A stretch of DNA of 17,003 nt from Candidatus Heimdallarchaeota archaeon (lineage in GTDB: Archaea > Asgardarchaeota > Heimdallarchaeia > Heimdallarchaeales > Heimdallarchaeaceae), in assembly GCA_018238545.1 (NCBI GenBank), contig JABCTC010000060.1, positions 1 through 17,003 on the forward strand. Reading direction: 5' to 3'. The translations under genes were made by a program, and so were the position numbers. The stretch's first letter is position 1; the number at the start of each line of letters is the position of its first letter. Below the pieces are notes generated by a model, which did no database searches, was not told the DNA's origin, and worked only from the letters and a program-made list of their open reading frames with translations. This document shows, one piece after another, positions 14,853 through 17,003 of this stretch.

Positions 14853-16433
14853 CTATTTTTTTGGTATTCTCTTCTTTTTGATTATTTTAAACCAAATCAA
14901 AATTAATGTAGCTACAAGAATAGCAGAACCACCTATAGATAAACCAATAACAAGTCCTTTATTTATGAGCACACTGAAAGTTAGAATACCTGTTGAATTA
15001 TCAAATTCAGTTTCATTTGAAAGATGTCCTGCCTCATCCATCACGACAATTTCAATTGTATGTTCTCCAATAGTTAGTTCTTCTAGAACATAGTTAACTG
15101 TTAAGTGCTTCCAATATTTTGGAAAGGTAATCTCCTCTTCCTTCTTAGTTTCATTATCAATAATTATCTTGTAAGAACCATCAAATTCTGTTTTTGATCG
15201 AAAATTATACCATATATCCCATTCTACCAATTTTTCCGTTTTTGAAATATTTTGGATTCTTGGTTCTGAAACAAATGGAGCAAACCTTATTCGTTCAACT
15301 CTATAAATACCAAATGTCTCTGATCCAACAGGGGCAAAGGAAAGATCCCAAGCGATATTTCCTTCTTCAGTAACTTCTACAATTCTCGCACCTAAATTGG
15401 TATTGGGGTGACTATGTGTACCAAAAACCCCCAGACGATTATTGTTAGGAAGTTTATCTGCATCGCCCCACCAACCAGAAAAGTACTCAATTGGTGCAAT
15501 CCATTCCCATGAAATATTTGCTGTCATTGTCTCTATATTGATTCTAATCTCCATAATTCTAGAATGTAAATTGGTTGCATCTGTCTGATTGTGGAGATCA
15601 TTATCGAAATAGATGAAAGTATTATTGGCTATTTTTTCTAAAGCATGTCCATGATAGAATAGTATATCTTTCTCCCTTCCTTGCAAGTCATACATTACAA
15701 AATCACCATGCTCTCCAAGGGCCCAAATCATCTCCCCTGTCTTATGATCTATTTTGTAGAAAGTATTTGTATTTCTCATATTAAGATAGATTGAATCATC
15801 CTCTTCATCATAAAAAACCGTATTTGAGTGAGTTATATCAGCTATTCCAGATTCCATATCGGAAAATGGGCACCATTGAGAAATATTAACAAAATCCATT
15901 GTATCTTTTTCCCAAATGATTTCAGTATTTTGATTATATTCGACGATTTTATCAAAAAGATATTTGGTACCATTAATCTCGATGACATAACAATTTAAAG
16001 TAAAATAGGTGTTGTTTGCATAATTCATCTCATAATCGTGATGACCATAGACACCTAAAGCAGTTGTATCATTAGTATAAATATTCCATAGGTTAGCACC
16101 ATTTCCGTCTCCATATAAAATAGTGGTGGAGTTGATAAATTCAGCCGCAAAATTGGCCAACGCTCCTTTGGAATCCAATTCTCGTTTAATGTAAAGATTG
16201 CCGTCCAAGTCAGAAATGACAAGAGTACGATTAATAATTTCATAGTCAACACTAGATTTTCTCTCAAAAACGAACAAATTATAACCCTCAAATCTCTCAG
16301 AATGTATGTTTTGTATTATATTAAAATCAGAATAATTTTGAACTATAACATTATTTGAAAATACAGTTAAATTAGGGAATAGAAGAAGAATAGAAATGAA
16401 AAATATAAATCGATTGAGTAGTTTATGAGACAT
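14853..16433 (-). CDS. Secreted, C-terminally membrane-anchored arylsulfotransferase (ASST)-like beta-propeller protein
   Basis: N-terminal signal peptide; HHDYE, DITHSN, RNTN...KID..TGE..W.LG, F...H, FDN and G.A..LPNNN.L motifs; Ig-like region, then TM helix and basic tail KKKRIPKK. Confidence 0.85.
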   Translation of the reverse strand: MSHKLLNRFIFFISILLLFPNLTVFSNNVIVQNYSDFNIIQNIHSERFEGYNLFVFERKSSVDYEIINRTLVISDLDGNLYIKRELDSKGALANFAAEFINSTTILYGDGNGANLWNIYTNDTTALGVYGHHDYEMNYANNTYFTLNCYVIEINGTKYLFDKIVEYNQNTEIIWEKDTMDFVNISQWCPFSDMESGIADITHSNTVFYDEEDDSIYLNMRNTNTFYKIDHKTGEMIWALGEHGDFVMYDLQGREKDILFYHGHALEKIANNTFIYFDNDLHNQTDATNLHSRIMEIRINIETMTANISWEWIAPIEYFSGWWGDADKLPNNNRLGVFGTHSHPNTNLGARIVEVTEEGNIAWDLSFAPVGSETFGIYRVERIRFAPFVSEPRIQNISKTEKLVEWDIWYNFRSKTEFDGSYKIIIDNETKKEEEITFPKYWKHLTVNYVLEELTIGEHTIEIVVMDEAGHLSNETEFDNSTGILTFSVLINKGLVIGLSIGGSAILVATLILIWFKIIKKKRIPKK

Positions 16434-16540
16434 TTTATTGTTTATACACTAACTTTCTTGAACATAAGAATTGTGGTGTATTGACCTTTTCATGTTTTAC
16501 ACAAATTCTCGTGCTCAACTAAATCTGGAAGAAATAAGTG

Positions 16541-16649
16541 TGGCGAGCCTGGGCGGATTTGAACCGCCGACCGACGGATTAAGAGTCCGCTGCTTTAGGC
16601 GCTTGTCGAATACTTCGAAACAAACTCTACCTAACTGAGCCACAGGCCC
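16541..16649 (-). tRNA. tRNA-Lys(CUU) with 32-nt non-canonical intron at 22/23 (intron 16595-16626); CCA encoded
   Basis: Reverse complement: GGGCCTG TG GCTC AGTTAGGTA G [AGTTTGTTTCGAAGTATTCGACAAGCGCCTAA] AGC A GCGGA CTCTTAA TCCGT CGGTC GGCGG TTCAAAT CCGCC CAGGCTC G CCA. The mature form is 77 nt. Confidence 0.96.
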
Positions 16650-16681
16650 GCTTTGTTAGATGTTCTAAACTTCTATTTGCT

Positions 16682-16697
16682 TTTAAAAATTTTTTCG
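16682..16697 (-). promoter_or_regulatory. BRE-TATA promoter of tRNA-Lys(CUU)
   Basis: Minus strand CGAAAAAA-TTTTTAAA about 33 nt upstream of the mature 5' end. Confidence 0.55.
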
Positions 16698-16724
16698 TAG
16701 ATGTTATTACAAATTCTTTAAAAG

Positions 16725-17003
16725 TTAGCTAAGTTCAGAGTTAAACTTTGTCCATCCTTTAGTTTTACCATGGAACCTCCCTTGTTTATCAGTTGTAACG
16801 TTAACTAATTCATTTTGAAATACTTGAAGCAAGTCAAATATCTTTACTAGCTTCTGTTGTTTGTCGCTCTGTCCTTTTCTAATTCCTTTTAGTAGAACAG
16901 TTTCCAATGAGATAGTTTTTCCTGATTTGTTATCAAACCACGCATAAGAATCAGGTGAAAAATTATACTCTCCATCATTGTAAATAATGCTTTCAAAAAC
17001 GCT
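16725..17003 (-). CDS. 3' end of a hypothetical protein truncated by the window edge
   Basis: Frame is open from 17003 to the TAA at 16725 (SVFESIIYNDGEYNFSPDSYAWFDNKSGKTISLETVLLKG...GWTKFNSELS*); family not recognised. Confidence 0.7.
   Translation of the reverse strand, partial: SVFESIIYNDGEYNFSPDSYAWFDNKSGKTISLETVLLKGIRKGQSDKQQKLVKIFDLLQVFQNELVNVTTDKQGRFHGKTKGWTKFNSELS

Noticed and set aside
14878-16291. ORFs 14878-15093 (+) and 16055-16291 (-)
   Set aside because: Antisense or out-of-frame overlaps inside the ASST-like gene.
523-16649. Whole region as an integrated element flanked by tRNA-derived attL/attR
   Set aside because: Both tRNAs are complete, distinct isoacceptors with different T-arms. 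There is no duplicated 3' fragment or integrase, and the content is housekeeping.

Overview
AT-rich archaeal chromosomal segment, most likely Asgard (Heimdallarchaeia-like). The taxonomic call is inferred from BHB-intron tRNAs, a CTP-dependent riboflavin kinase, a Roadblock/LC7 protein and a tandem longin-like protein. The two tRNA-Lys isoacceptor genes (UUU and CUU) bracket the window; both are on the minus strand, intron-containing and CCA-encoding, and the CUU intron is at the non-canonical D-arm position 22/23. Between them lie mostly housekeeping genes: a Cys-less isochorismatase-like hydrolase, wHTH-riboflavin kinase plus wHTH-FAD synthase, glycerate 2-kinase, translin/TRAX, a trans-prenyltransferase, a COG1058 pyrophosphatase, a GPN GTPase, a cis-prenyltransferase, a NYN protein, two coiled-coil proteins, Roadblock, DUF371, Trm5, a di-longin protein and a membrane-anchored arylsulfotransferase-like protein. 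The least explained signals are at the left edge: a compact, GC-rich, apparently pseudoknotted minus-strand RNA-like element (about 6-106), and a 14-bp inverted repeat pair enclosing a small membrane-protein gene next to the tRNA. Both tRNA-Lys genes also share a palindrome at the same upstream position. All protein calls come from motif recognition, not database searches.
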